A program made the position numbers and the translations under genes. Below, piece after piece: positions 11,528 through 23,077 of a stretch of 44,254 bases of DNA (position 1 is the stretch's first letter; every line of letters starts with the position of its first letter). The stretch spans positions 1 through 44,254 of the forward strand of contig CAXUUL010000054.1 in assembly GCA_964255285.1 (NCBI GenBank). The letters run 5' to 3'. The notes under the pieces were generated by a model that was given only the letters and a program-made list of their open reading frames with translations, had not been told where the DNA came from and did no database searches. This DNA comes from Ionaspis alba (lineage: Eukaryota).

Positions 11528-12465
11528 ATGGCTCCAGAGAGTATCTGGGCAGACCAGCCCTTCAAGCTTCTAGAAACACCAGGGAAAACACAGTCTGTGG
11601 GTGCTCACTAAGACGGCTTCAGAAGGCGGTCCCATGGTGTACCAAACCTCATGACTAATGAGTTAACCAGCTGAAAGAGCCCGTTGTCTACGTAGCCTCG
11701 CACATGGCTCTCGTCCACAACACCTTCATCCGCGGTCTCAACACAATCTATCTCCAGGCCCCTTACATACCCCCCGATGACCCTTCCCTTGTCAAAGACT
11801 TCCTCACCTACTGCCAATGCTGGTCCGCCCTTGTAACTCTCCACCACAAGCACGAAGAAGAATATCTTTTCAGCGCCCTCGAAGAGCGTATTCCCGCGGC
11901 CAAAGGTATCTTTGCCGAGAATGTTGGCCAGCACGAAGAATTCCATGAGGGGCTTCTGCAGTTTGAAAAGCATTGTCAGGAAGGACTGGCGGGGACCTCG
12001 ACGTTTAGTGCTAAGATTATCAGGGAACTGATTGATCGATTTGCTGAGCCTCTGATGCGTCATCTGAAGGACGAGATTCCAACTTTAATGCGGCTGCAGG
12101 AGAGCGGAAAGACGGAGGAGGTCATGAAGATACATGAAGAGTATGAGAGACGTGTGAGACAGAACTTGGATGCTGTATGTCATCCCTCTCCAACTGCTCA
12201 TCTATTCATTTAGAGTTGGGTCTTTCAACGCAAATACTGATTGGGCGAACAGGCCAAAATTGGACCATTCACTCTAATCAATACAGATAAGACCTTCGAA
12301 GGCGGCGAGCATCCGTACCCAGTCATGCCATTCTTCGTGCCTTACCTTGTGAAGTACGTGATGGCAAGGAAGTATGCAGGTGCATGGAAGTTTGGATCCA
12401 CGGATTATTTCGGAAAACCGACGACGCTATGGATGCATGGTCGAGAAATGGCTCCTCAAGGATAG
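11528..12465 (+). CDS. Hemerythrin/HHE cation-binding domain protein
   Basis: Exons 11528-11596, 11671-12174, 12253-12465. WADQPFKL..MALVHNTFIRGLNTIYLQA, HHKHEEEYLF, QHEEFH and HLKDE supply diiron-type His/Glu ligands. Confidence 0.87.
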
Positions 12466-12633
12466 CAAGGTTCATACCGAAGCTCTGGTGTCTTCCTTGA
12501 TGATCTTTAAGAAAACCAACTTGGATCTGGCGTCAGGCAGTAGGGTAGCTAGAGCAAATTGTGATGAGCCAGCTGCCATCCGAAGCTGCAGTGATGTTGA
12601 GAATGAAAGTCTAACGAAAGCGATCTATTCGGT

Positions 12634-14635
12634 CTAAGCGTCTAATTTGAGCCGCTCAAGCAGTGCATCAATCTTCCCTAGCAGGATCTGGTAATTGATA
12701 GCATCACCGGCGAACTCATCCCCGGCGAGCTCGCCGTCCAATGTTCTCACAGCTCCGTTCAGAAGCTGACTTTCCATATCCAAGTCTCTACCTCCGCTGT
12801 TCTTGATCTTGTGATCTGCAACCGTACCGAGGTCAATCCCCTCGTCTTCTTGGGCCTTACCATGCCCAGAATCAGACATCATGACCTCGGCACCAATATC
12901 TGTTGTGATCTCGCCGTTCTCATCCATCATCTCTTCAATGCCCGAGTCCTCGAACCGCAGCCTGAACCGTTCAGAAAGATAATGACGGATGTCATCGAGC
13001 AATTCTATGCTGTCCGTCTCTTGCCTGCTTTTGATCCTTGCGGCACTCTCTCTTATCAAGTCAGCGAAGTCTTCCTCATCGATGTAGCGTTCCAGTCTAT
13101 AAGCGAAGTAGCGGGCTGCAAACTCTTCTAGACGTGGCACTCGTGTGAGCCAGCCAGCGCGCAGAACATCGTAAATATCAATCGGATCGTCTTCCTCGTC
13201 TGTGGTTATGCCAGTACTTGCATCCGGTTGTGATGGTAGAGTCGTCATAGCGCCATTCCCTAGAGTGGATATGACGACAGCGGCTTTGACTTTCAACTTG
13301 TCGATGAAAAGGAGATCTGCAGCATACAAAACATCGACAGCAAGATCTAGGGAGAACTCTGCTCTTTCCGTATAGAGATAAGTAAGGACGACTTGTAGGA
13401 CTTCCGGTGAACAGCCAATCGGGATTATTTGGAGATGGGGTGTAACTTGGGCTTCAAGAAAGGAGGAGGAGAACATGGTTTGAAAATACTCGGAACGGAG
13501 CAGCATAGCACGATGCGCAGGAAACACAGTGGATAGATGACGAGAGCGAGATCGAGATGGAGACCGAAGCCTCGAAAGCGGACCTATAGGAATGCCGTCT
13601 GTAATCGGTGTAGCAGTACCGCTTCGATCCTCACTGCATTCCTCCTGTGGATCATCTGCTTGGAGCAAGACGTCTGCGAAAATAGCGTTGTCTCGATCCC
13701 ATTTGATCTCGTTCACTTTTGATGTGTCTATCATGATCTTGTGTTTCACCACGTTCTCTGTAAACCAAGCATCAAGCTGATTTCTCCCTTTCTCTACCTC
13801 TTCCGTCCTGTTCTGCCGTGCGAGACGGCGATCCGAACTCTCGAGTATACCATCCCAGAGACTACGAATCTCTAACTGTTTGCTGATTTTGTCTATTCCT
13901 TCAAGGATATCCTCTTCTGTGTATCCAGTCCCTGGTCCGCCTCCAACATCGTTCGGGATTTCGCCCAAATAGACGTATCTGATTGCCACCTCGAAGGCTT
14001 GGGGGGGAATGGTCGGGGGCAATTTCCAGGAAGTCGTGTCAGGGGCGTTGCGAAGTTTCTTCTGAAAGTATGGCGATCTTGCAGATAATATAAACTTATG
14101 GAGATTGAAAGATCTGCCCGTGGAGGTAACCACAATATCGGACGTCTTGGGATGCTCTCGTAGCAGAAGCGAAGTGATGTGCGAGGCCAGTGGTTGCAAA
14201 GGATCTGTGGATTTCGAGTAATCATATGCCAGAAGCAGGTTCCGTATTCTGTCGTTGAGGGCATTGTAGAGACATCTCTCGCCCTGGAACGTATCACGCT
14301 CACATAGCGCTCCTGACTCAAGCAGTAGCTGGACGACTTCGTAGTGACCACAGAGGCTGGCCTTTGATGCTTTAGTGGTGATTCAGAAAAGCAGTCTCTG
14401 AACGGAAACGCACCAGTATCAGTGGAGTATAATCAAATTGATCTCGAGCGTTTATGTTTGCTCCATCAGTGATCATCTCCTGGCACACCTTGAGATCCCC
14501 TCGTCGGCATGCTTCGCACAATAGGCGAAATGGTTCGCTGACATCGAGGGGACTGTCTTCTTTGAGTCGGCCATCCTCGATGAGCTTCTTTTCTTCGTGG
14601 AGACTTGCTTCAAGCTGGTCCTTCCTCAATATCAT
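12634..14635 (-). CDS. Ankyrin-repeat plus double BTB/POZ protein (ABTB1/Btb3-like putative Cullin-3 adaptor)
   Basis: Exons 14635-14414 and 14361-12634. ANK motif LCEACRRGDL..NINARDQFDYTPLIL|ASLCGH; BTB motifs FNLHKFILSARSPYF and FPAHRAMLLRSEYF. Confidence 0.9.
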
Positions 14636-15208
14636 GTTATAGCTATGGGGTCAATGCCTTGGTGTGGCAAAGCGAAGGCCATGGTATCATGCTGGGAGGG
14701 TACAGAGTTTCCGGAACAACAATGACGATGAGTTTTGTGCAGCCAATCAGGAGTGTGGCGATTTGCCTGACCGACTTCAGGAACACATATCCATAGTCCC
14801 CCTCTCCTTGCTTCCTGACTGTACCAAAGTATCAACTCAGCATACCTACATTATGATGTGACAGGTCCTCAATACTAAGAATGAATTCAACTATGTACAT
14901 GTGCTTCATGAGCACTGGAGATGTAACTAAGCCAAGCACGATATATAACGTGGCTACCTGATGCTATGAGCATCTCAGGCTGAGCCGTGAGCCGAAGATT
15001 CAATTCGTCTCGTCATCTCTTCTTTCGGACGCTCGTTAACGCAAACTTTCTTCTTTTCTTCCCGCTTTCGCTGATATGCATGCACACGCAAAGCACTCAA
15101 TGTCCATTAGCATTCGTAACAACCGTTCTTATCCGCTAACGCTCCAAACGCCATTACACCACACCTCACCAAAGGAAGATGGCTGCCTCCGCATTGTAGA
15201 ATGCAGAT

Positions 15209-16531
15209 TCAGGCTTTCAAGGTTGGGCTGACAACCTCAATGCTGCTAACATCGCTTTCCACTTTGGGTACTGGCTTAGCCTTCATTAGCGGCCAGTGAC
15301 CATTCTTCTCGTTGTATCTCATTGCAAGGAATGTGATGATAACGACAAGCCAGTACATGTTGTACGAGATGACTGAGCCATAGGTGGCAGAGTTTTGCCA
15401 GCCGAACAAGGCTGTGAAAATCCCCCAACCTCCTCCGCCATTAATTTGAGGATTGCAGCACTAACATTGTCTGTCAATCCCACGACCGAAATTCTAAACG
15501 TCTTGGGAAAAATCAAGGCTACTCACATTGACATGCCACACACTTTTACGAATGTCATAAGATCCAGGTCCCGATCCGGATTCAGAGGAGTCACCACCAG
15601 TGACCGCATTCCACTGATATCTCTTAGCCTTGAGTCATATTAATCGGTGTAAGGATGTCTTACCTTATGAGTTTCGAAAAGCCAGACAGCCTTTGAGAAG
15701 AGCCCCGCAGCTACCAGATACAGAAAACAGGTGGAAATGATCAGGAAGGTCTGAATTGAGCCGACATTGCCGCCTCTACTCCTCGTTAGGCTCAGCCCAT
15801 GCAGGATTGAAATGGGGCTCACTTGTAGATGAAAAAGCCGACCAAGCATCCAAGTCCGATGCCACTCAAGACAGCGAGTGGAAAGGAAGTGGCGGGAAGG
15901 CCCAAGCTCACGCCTCCCATGAAGATGACTGCTTCCAGTCCTTCCCGAAGGACCGTGATAAATGGAAGGATAAACATGGCATATTTCTCGCACCAGATCT
16001 TGAACCTAGTGCCTGCACTGCCACGGCTGGTACTGTCCTTGGACTCGAGGGCTCTTGCTAGCTTCACTCGCCATTTGTCCTGAAGTTTAGAGATACGAAG
16101 AAGAGCGGCACCCATGAGCGTGATGATGATGGCAGCAATCAAGCTGAAACTCCCTTCCCAGACATCCTCGGTGCCCGACCAGTGATTCTGGCCGAGTCGA
16201 TAAAAGGCACCGATGATGCCTCCACCAACTATCAGACATATCAATCCCCCGAGGCCAGTACCGAACCAGACCTGAGAATTGTTAGTGAAAGGGCGTTACC
16301 GATACAAAGCGATCAGCAATTCTACCTGGCGTCTTAGCCTTTTGTATGTAGTCCTATCTCGATCAGGCCCGAGACTTTGCTTCAGAAACGCCAACAGAAT
16401 TGAGACAATGACACTTGTTTCGAGAGTCTCACGAAGACATAGGAAGAAGACTGGTCAGAAAGTCAGCATTGAATAGATCTACAGATACTTGGGTCACGAT
16501 GCTGACCTGGTGCAGCGAACACGCTCGACAT
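15209..16531 (-). CDS. FTR1: High-affinity iron permease FTR1
   Basis: Six exons starting [19 protein letters not shown]. Two RExLE motifs (RETLE, REGLE), [21 protein letters not shown] and [11 protein letters not shown]. Confidence 0.95.
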
Positions 16532-16670
16532 CTCCGCAACACTGACTATCTACAGGGAGAGAGGAGACCTATATCACAATGGACGGAGTCTCCGGCAAGT
16601 CTATGGGAAAGGGCACGAGCAGTTGGGGAAAATGGGGTAAGCGAAGATCAGATATGGTGGTTGGGGACAG

Positions 16671-17788
16671 ATCAGATAAAGGTCGAGGTGAGAACGGTTT
16701 TTGTCCGTTGAGATTATCTGATCGTGCTAAAAGACCAAGGTCCAGGGATGCACTAGCTTAGCGTTCTCTTGGCGTGGACATGGGCAAAGAATTCACACCG
16801 CCAGGAGAAAAATCAGTTGCCAGGATAGATGCTGCTCCGAAGATGCACATAAGAGCCAAGCAAAGAGGAACGAGGATGCAGGTGAGTGCTGAGTAAATGC
16901 ACATTGATTAGGTGCATTATTGGAGTGATGAAGCAATCATGTGGAGTCAGCCGCCCCGGTATCGGAACCGTGTTCGCCGAGCGATGAGGAGTGGCCAGAT
17001 CGGAGCTTTCCATCTACTGAACGCGCAAGTTACGAACTCTCTTTTCAGCTCTCGTATGGTGTCTGCTACCAGCCTCCTTCTCACCGATCGAGACCATTTG
17101 GCCAATTCAGCCTTTCTCCGCTCTTATTGCACTCCTCCGGCCACTTGGCAGGCACTTTCAAATACATTCCAAGCTTTTTTATCTGATTTTGCGCACGTTG
17201 TGCACTTACTTATCACCTGGGGTTGTCCTCGGACTTCTGTCGACCCACATCATCGGCTGGGATCCTCTGCTGCTCAAGCGTGCCTTGGCAATCCTGTCTC
17301 ATGTCTTATCAGATCATCTAATCTCTCACCGGAAAAATCCCATCATCCTGGTCTTGTCCTCTCATTGGTCACTTAATCCCTCAGACTTCGACTGTGGATA
17401 TCAGCGTCATTCCATTACCGACAACACCCGAATCCGGCGCATCGTTCCTAAGCCAGGGATACGACGTCCTACGGAAGCTCCTTTTGTCCTCAGCTTCCAC
17501 TTGCGATTGAGGCAGAATTGAATGATACCTTCCAAGTTTCCACTCAAGCTCTTTCGAACCCGTGGGTGTGGAAGTCACAGCATTGCTCCAATACAAACAC
17601 CGCATGCTGCCGAGGCCATCACATGCACCAATTTCCTTGGCAGAGCGGTCTTACATACCCGTTGCTCTTGACACCTACCACCAACGCTGTTGATCAGCAC
17701 CGCTAACGGCTCCTGCTCCTTTGGAACGCTTTACCCGCATCCGCCTAATGCTCATTTGAACCTTTCTGGGACTAGCACGATCAGATAA
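16671..17788. promoter_or_regulatory. Cluster of five ATCWGATAA iron-GATA repressor (SreA/Sre1/Urbs1-type) sites in the divergent FTR1-FET3 promoter
   Basis: ATCAGATAA at 16671-16679 (+) and 17780-17788 (+); TTATCTGAT at 16714-16722 and 17179-17187; TTATCAGAT at 17306-17314; near-match ATCAGATAT at 16647-16655. Confidence 0.8.
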
Positions 17789-18078
17789 AACTGTGTGGAC
17801 GTAACGCATACTTCGTCGATTATTGAACAGAATTAAATCTACAACTCTTGGCTACGAAGGTGAGCGGGACTAATTCCCAGACGCCTTCTCAGCACCAGCA
17901 GATATCACAAATTCCGAGAAGAAGGCGGCTCAGGAGGTCGCACATTGGCAGATGCAAGCCTGACGCTCTTTTTAGTACAACTCGTTACCAGTTCACCTCC
18001 AGATTGCACACTTTGGCAAAAAGGCACAGACTTGATACCTGAACAGTTTCAATCACTAAACAATTCTGTCTCCTTACT

Positions 18079-20241
18079 ATGGTTTCATTCGATCTTGGAG
18101 TATCTTTGCTGCTCATTCTCTGCAATTCTGCAATTTTCGTTCGGAGCGCTACCGTGACATATGATTTCAATATCACTTGGGTCACTGCGAATCCAGATGG
18201 AGCCTTGGATCGTCCAACCATTGGCATCAACGGTCAATGGCCTATTCCACAGATCACTGCTACCGTTGGGGATCGTGTGGTCGTCAACGTCGAGAATCAG
18301 CTGGGGAATCAGAGCACAAGTTTGCACTTCCACGGGCTCTTCATGAACGGAACTACCCATATGGACGGGCCAGTAGGAGTCACTCAGTGCTCCATTCCTC
18401 CAGGAGGGACCTTCAAGTATGACTTCAAGGTAAGTAACATCTCAGTAGAGGTCAGCGATGTTGCTAAGGTGGTCAGGTTGAACAAGCCGGCACATACTGG
18501 TACCATTCCCATGCCAGCGGACAATATCCAGATGGTCTACGAGGTCCATTAATTGTGCATGATCCCAAATCGCCGTACAAAGGACAGTACGACGAAGAGC
18601 TTATATTGACCCTCTCGGATTGGTACCACGATCAGATGCCCGGTCTGCTGTCAACTTTCATCAGCGCAGTCAATCCTTCAGGTGCAGAGCCAGTTCCCAA
18701 TGCCGCATTGATGAATGAAACACGCGATCTATCTGTGATGGTAAAGCCTGGGAAGACTTACATGGTCCGTATGGTCAACATGGGCGCATTTGCCGCTCAG
18801 TACTTCTGGTTCGAGGGGCATACGATGCGCATCATTGAAGTCGACGGCGTCTACACTGAACCTGCTGAAGCAAACATGATCTACATTACGCCAGCTCAGC
18901 GATACAGTTTCCTGCTCACGACGAGGAATGATACTTCATCGAATTTCGCGATTATTGGCAGCATGGACAAGGTGAAGCCATCAAATTCATTGAAAGACTA
19001 GAAAAATCGCTGACGCTCCTCTAGGGGCTGTTCGATAAAGTCCCTACGACACTAAATCCCAACGTCACAGGATGGTTGGTCTACGACGAAGCCGCCTCTC
19101 TCCCAGAACCGACCATTATCGATAAATTTGCGCCATTCGACGATTTCACCCTCGTACCCCATGACGGTCTCGAGCTGTACGACAAAGTCGACCATAGCAT
19201 CACCCTCAATTTCCGCATGGGCATGCTCGGAGACGGCGCCAACTAGTACTTCTCTTCCCCCCTCACCCATTCTCATCCGGCTAACCCACTCCCAGCGCCT
19301 TCTTCAACGACCAAACCTACACCCGTCCCAAAGTCCCCACTCTCTACACTGCCATGTCATCTGGTTCCCTCGCCACGGACGTCTCCATCTACGGCAGCGC
19401 GACAAACTCTTTCATCCTCAAGAAGAACGACGTCGTAGAAATCATTCTCAACAGCGAAGATCCGGGCAAACACCCCTTCCACCTCCACGGGCACGACTTC
19501 CAAACCATCGTCCGCTCCACCGAAGATTCGGGGCCATACGTCGGCAACAAGACATTCCCCAAGGTTCCAATGCGCAGAGATGTTTTCGTGGTCGAGCCGA
19601 AGGGGAACATCGTGCTGAGATTCAAAGCCAATAACCCAGATAAGTTTCCCTGAACCTCGACTCTTGAAAAGTCTAGCTCACGAGTAATTCTACGCATCTG
19701 GCTCTTCCACTGCCACATCGAATGGCACGTCAGCTCCGGCCTCGTCGCGACGATGATCGAAGCACCCGAAGAATTACAAAAGTCCTTGACGATCCCCGAA
19801 GACCATCTCAAGGTCTGTAGAGACCAGGGTGTAGCGACCATCGGCAACGCCGCGGGCAATTCGCAGGATTTCTTGGACTTGAAGGGTGAGAGATTGCCGC
19901 CGCCGGATCTGCCGGCTGGATTCACTGCTCGTGGGATCGTGGCACTGGTNNNNNNNNNNNNNNNNNNNNNNNNNNNNNNNNNNNNNNNNNNNNNNNNNNN
20001 NNNNNNNNNNNNNNNNNNNNNNNNNNNNNNNNNNNNNNNNNNNNNNNNNAAGTGCGTTCTTGGGGCTCGCGGTCATTGTTTGGTAAGTCAACTCTCTTTG
20101 GCAGCGAACAGTCGTGAAAGATGTGGGTAACAGTGCTGACGTGGATGTGATAGGTATGGTGTTGGGGAGATTGGAGCGAGTGAGGTGGCAGCTACGAAGA
20201 GAACGATTGAGCAGGCGGTCGGTGCGACGGCTTCGAAGTAG
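18079..20241 (+). CDS. FET3: Multicopper ferroxidase FET3
   Basis: Signal peptide; [18 protein letters not shown] and HCHIEWH copper motifs; GAEPVP and NSEDPG Fe-site acids; C-terminal [25 protein letters not shown]. Exons 18079-18429, 18477-18971, 19025-19245, 19296-19639, 19694-20082 (contains N gap), 20154-20241. Confidence 0.95.
19640..19693 (+). other. Putative non-canonical AT-AC intron with U2-type signals in FET3
   Basis: ATAAGT...GCTCAC..TTCTAC, 54 nt. Removal joins AAC CCA G|GC ATC TGG CTC TTC CAC TGC CAC = NPGIWLFHCH; retention gives an in-frame TGA at 19651. Confidence 0.75.
19950..20049. other. Scaffold gap (100 N placeholder) inside FET3 TM-coding segment
   Basis: Run of 100 N; flanks GIVAL / SAFLG imply only a few codons are missing. 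Confidence 0.95.
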
Positions 20242-20595
20242 GAATTAGGCATGTGGAACAGGTCGATTTTGATTGTTGGAGCAGAGGCGTGAATTACGGC
20301 TTGAACAGCGTTATGAAAAAGCGGGTTTGATGTGTTATGTGTACATAGGTCTTGCTTGCTTAGCTCTGTAATAGATCGTGAGTGATTAGTTTACAGCCAT
20401 GCCTGACAATTCGCTGCGCTGTTTCCTTGCTAGACTTCCCACAGTCATGATTTTCTTGGAGCCATTTCCATTCGTCTTGACCATTGAGACTCCTTGCCGT
20501 GAGTCTCATCTTCGAGTCTGTCATGCCTCAAATATTTTCTTCACAACTCGTATCCAAAGTACCGATTACACAATAAAGCCCGTTGGACTATACCG

Positions 20596-22113
20596 CTAGA
20601 CTACTTCAACGCATAGTCCACCATGGTGAAACTTTCGTCTGTGGAAATCTAGATTGTCTCTCGTGTAGATTTCGGCGCAACCAGGTGCGAGACACGCATA
20701 TAGGATTGCGGAAGTAGCGTATGTGGTGTAGGAGACCTTCGAATATTCTTCATCGAAATCGGGGTTTGTGGTGTTGAAGAACGACAGATCCTCCACCGTG
20801 GGAGGAGGGGGTGGATGGGTCTTTTTCGCACGAACACAAACCCTAACATTTCTAAATAAGGCGATGTCTTCGTCAACGAGGTGGTCATTGCTACCATCCT
20901 GGTTGTCGAAGATCTGCTCCGTGTCAATTCTCAACTGTCCTAGCGGGGCTTGGTCGCCATCTGGTACAGGGGAAGCCACTGCTTTGGCTTTTCTGGTAGG
21001 CTCGACAAACCACACCCTGCAGCGAGAACTAAAGCCAAAGTTAGTGCTCCATAAGAAGTTTCTCGTTTGGACGGATGGCCTCCGTTGGAATTGGGCGTAC
21101 CACGTGTAGCCCCCACCCATTGCCGCACTGAATGTTTCCGATACACATTGAGGCATGGGACAACGTTCTTGAGAATTGAACTCTTGCCCCACGATGGCTG
21201 CCATCTTGATATGCGCTCCTGGTAGGAAGCCCGCCCACTGCTCATTCGTGATCGATGAAGCCGCGTTTCTGACGTCGAAGAGTTCATATTGCTTGGCGAG
21301 AACCAAACGATGACCGGGACCGCTCCGGAACTGGTCTCTGATAATGGCTGTGACCATACCGTAGTTGTATTCGGATGGGATTGGTAGGACACGACCTAGC
21401 GCATCTTCGAACTTTACAGGCTCTTGAAACCAGGTAAACCTGTGATCTGGAGGAGGTAGTCGGGTTTGCGTGTGAAGCACGATATCTTGGATTTGGAGAT
21501 TCGACTGCAAAATATGGTTGGCAAGATCGAGAAAACTGTTAAGCTGGGAAGCTATATTGATGTTAAGAGTCTGGGAGAACTGGGAGAGAAACAACTGTTG
21601 GCTCTGCAGCAACGCTGATTGAGTTTCTTCGATTCTCTTGACAAGATCATTCCGGTCTTGAGCTGACTGATCCGCAGCCATGGTCAACATTTCTAGACCA
21701 TGAGCCATCAACATCATGTTGATGCTTCCAATGTGTATATTTAGATAATTCCGCAGCTTCAAGGCCTCGTCCTTCTTGGAGAGGCCCCATCGTATTTTTG
21801 TCTCCAGGTTCGAGATCTTGCCTCTTGACGGACCCAATCCGAGGCTTGCTTCGTACTTCTTGATCTTGGTGAGAAACTCAGCTAATGGATGTTTGCACAT
21901 CAGAGCAGCACATTTGATGGCATTGATCGCCGGCTCTTGGTCTCCACCAAGCGGAACCTTGAGCTTGTCGACATGTTGCAAAGCTCGCTGAAGGTTTCCT
22001 AGTTCACGGAGGAGTTCCTGATACTCGGCTGGCGAGTCACGAAGGGTGGCGACGACATCCGTAATGAGTCTCCCCACGGAAATGAAATCACTAACTGAAA
22101 AGCCAAACGACAT
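20596..22113 (-). CDS. HeLo-like N-terminal domain + fungal ubiquitin-like domain + Zn ribbon + C-terminal C2H2-like finger
   Basis: MSFGFSVSDFISVGRL.. N-terminus; WFQEPVKFEDALGRVLPIP..GPGHRLV..YELFD..FLPGAHIKM ubiquitin-like block; CPMPQC..GYTC|SRC after removing 72-nt GTACGC..CTAAC..TAG intron 21100-21029; terminal CLAPGC..HRRKFH. Confidence 0.8.
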   Translation of the reverse strand: MSFGFSVSDFISVGRLITDVVATLRDSPAEYQELLRELGNLQRALQHVDKLKVPLGGDQEPAINAIKCAALMCKHPLAEFLTKIKKYEASLGLGPSRGKISNLETKIRWGLSKKDEALKLRNYLNIHIGSINMMLMAHGLEMLTMAADQSAQDRNDLVKRIEETQSALLQSQQLFLSQFSQTLNINIASQLNSFLDLANHILQSNLQIQDIVLHTQTRLPPPDHRFTWFQEPVKFEDALGRVLPIPSEYNYGMVTAIIRDQFRSGPGHRLVLAKQYELFDVRNAASSITNEQWAGFLPGAHIKMAAIVGQEFNSQERCPMPQCVSETFSAAMGGGYTWYAQFQRRPSVQTRNFLWSTNFGFSSRCRVWFVEPTRKAKAVASPVPDGDQAPLGQLRIDTEQIFDNQDGSNDHLVDEDIALFRNVRVCVRAKKTHPPPPPTVEDLSFFNTTNPDFDEEYSKVSYTTYATSAILYACLAPGCAEIYTRDNLDFHRRKFHHGGLCVEVV

Positions 22114-23077
22114 CGTAAGCAGATCCGCGACTCGAGGAATGGTAGGCCATGCAAATTGGAAAACAAGACTCTGCAGAGGACGGTCTTCGAAGTTGTGCCA
22201 TTGTTGTGGCTCAGCCTCGCCTTTAGCCTTGTGTAACAGCGGAAGCTTGGAAGGGCAATGCCGAATGGAAGTCCTTCAGAGAGCCTCGACGTTTTGTGTA
22301 TTGAGGCATCTGAAGGGCATGCTCGTAGGTATCGGTCTGATGCTCTATACCCTCGAGGCCGACCAATGCCAAGCGACGATGCTAGCAGCTCGAGTAGACT
22401 TGCTTTGCTTGATGATATTCTCGACTCGGCCTGCATGGACTAACTAACTCACCTACGACGGAGACGCTATCTCGATCTTCCAAGGCATCATCACGTCACT
22501 GCCATCGATTGCCAGGCTCTTCCGTCATCATCGCATTAACCAATTTCCCCAATTGCGCGTACCTTTATCCTGGACCCCAAAGCCTGTACCTCGACACAAA
22601 ACGATCATCGCTTTCTTCACATCGGATCATAGCATTATTTTACATGTGATTCTTGTTCCTGGTATCCCGTTCCGTCGATCCATTGCGCCGGCTGGGAAGC
22701 ATTCATTCGTCCCTGGACCCTGACCAGAGCCCGACCAGTGGAAATAGTATCGAAGTTCCAGAGCGGCAGTTGGGTGTCGATCTTTGCCCTGCTGAGACAA
22801 CCCGTTGACGTGCGCTGCACCGCCACTGCAGTTCTGGATTCCAGATGCCCATGACTTGGTCACCCCGAAAAAGTTGAATAGCATTATTCGAGATCGACAT
22901 CAGGAGGTAGATCCGGCGAAGAACGAGCTGAAGATTTAAAAATAATTCCTATCCTTACCTGGCGCTCTCTCGTTCTCTACAAATATCATAGCATCTCCAA
23001 CTCTTGCCTCTCGGCTTTCCCTCCAACCACAAACCGCGCCCCCACCATCATCGTCATTGCTTTCTCGAGTTGCAGCC

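Noticed and set aside
19640..19693. U12-type (minor spliceosome) intron interpretation, and FET3 as pseudogene
   Set aside because: No ATATCCTT donor or TCCTTAAC branch. All copper and iron ligands, other splice sites and promoter sites are intact, which argues against decay.
20485..20508. 8-bp hairpin TGAGACTC-N8-GAGTCTCA between convergent genes
   Set aside because: Short enough to occur by chance in 44 kb; no supporting context.
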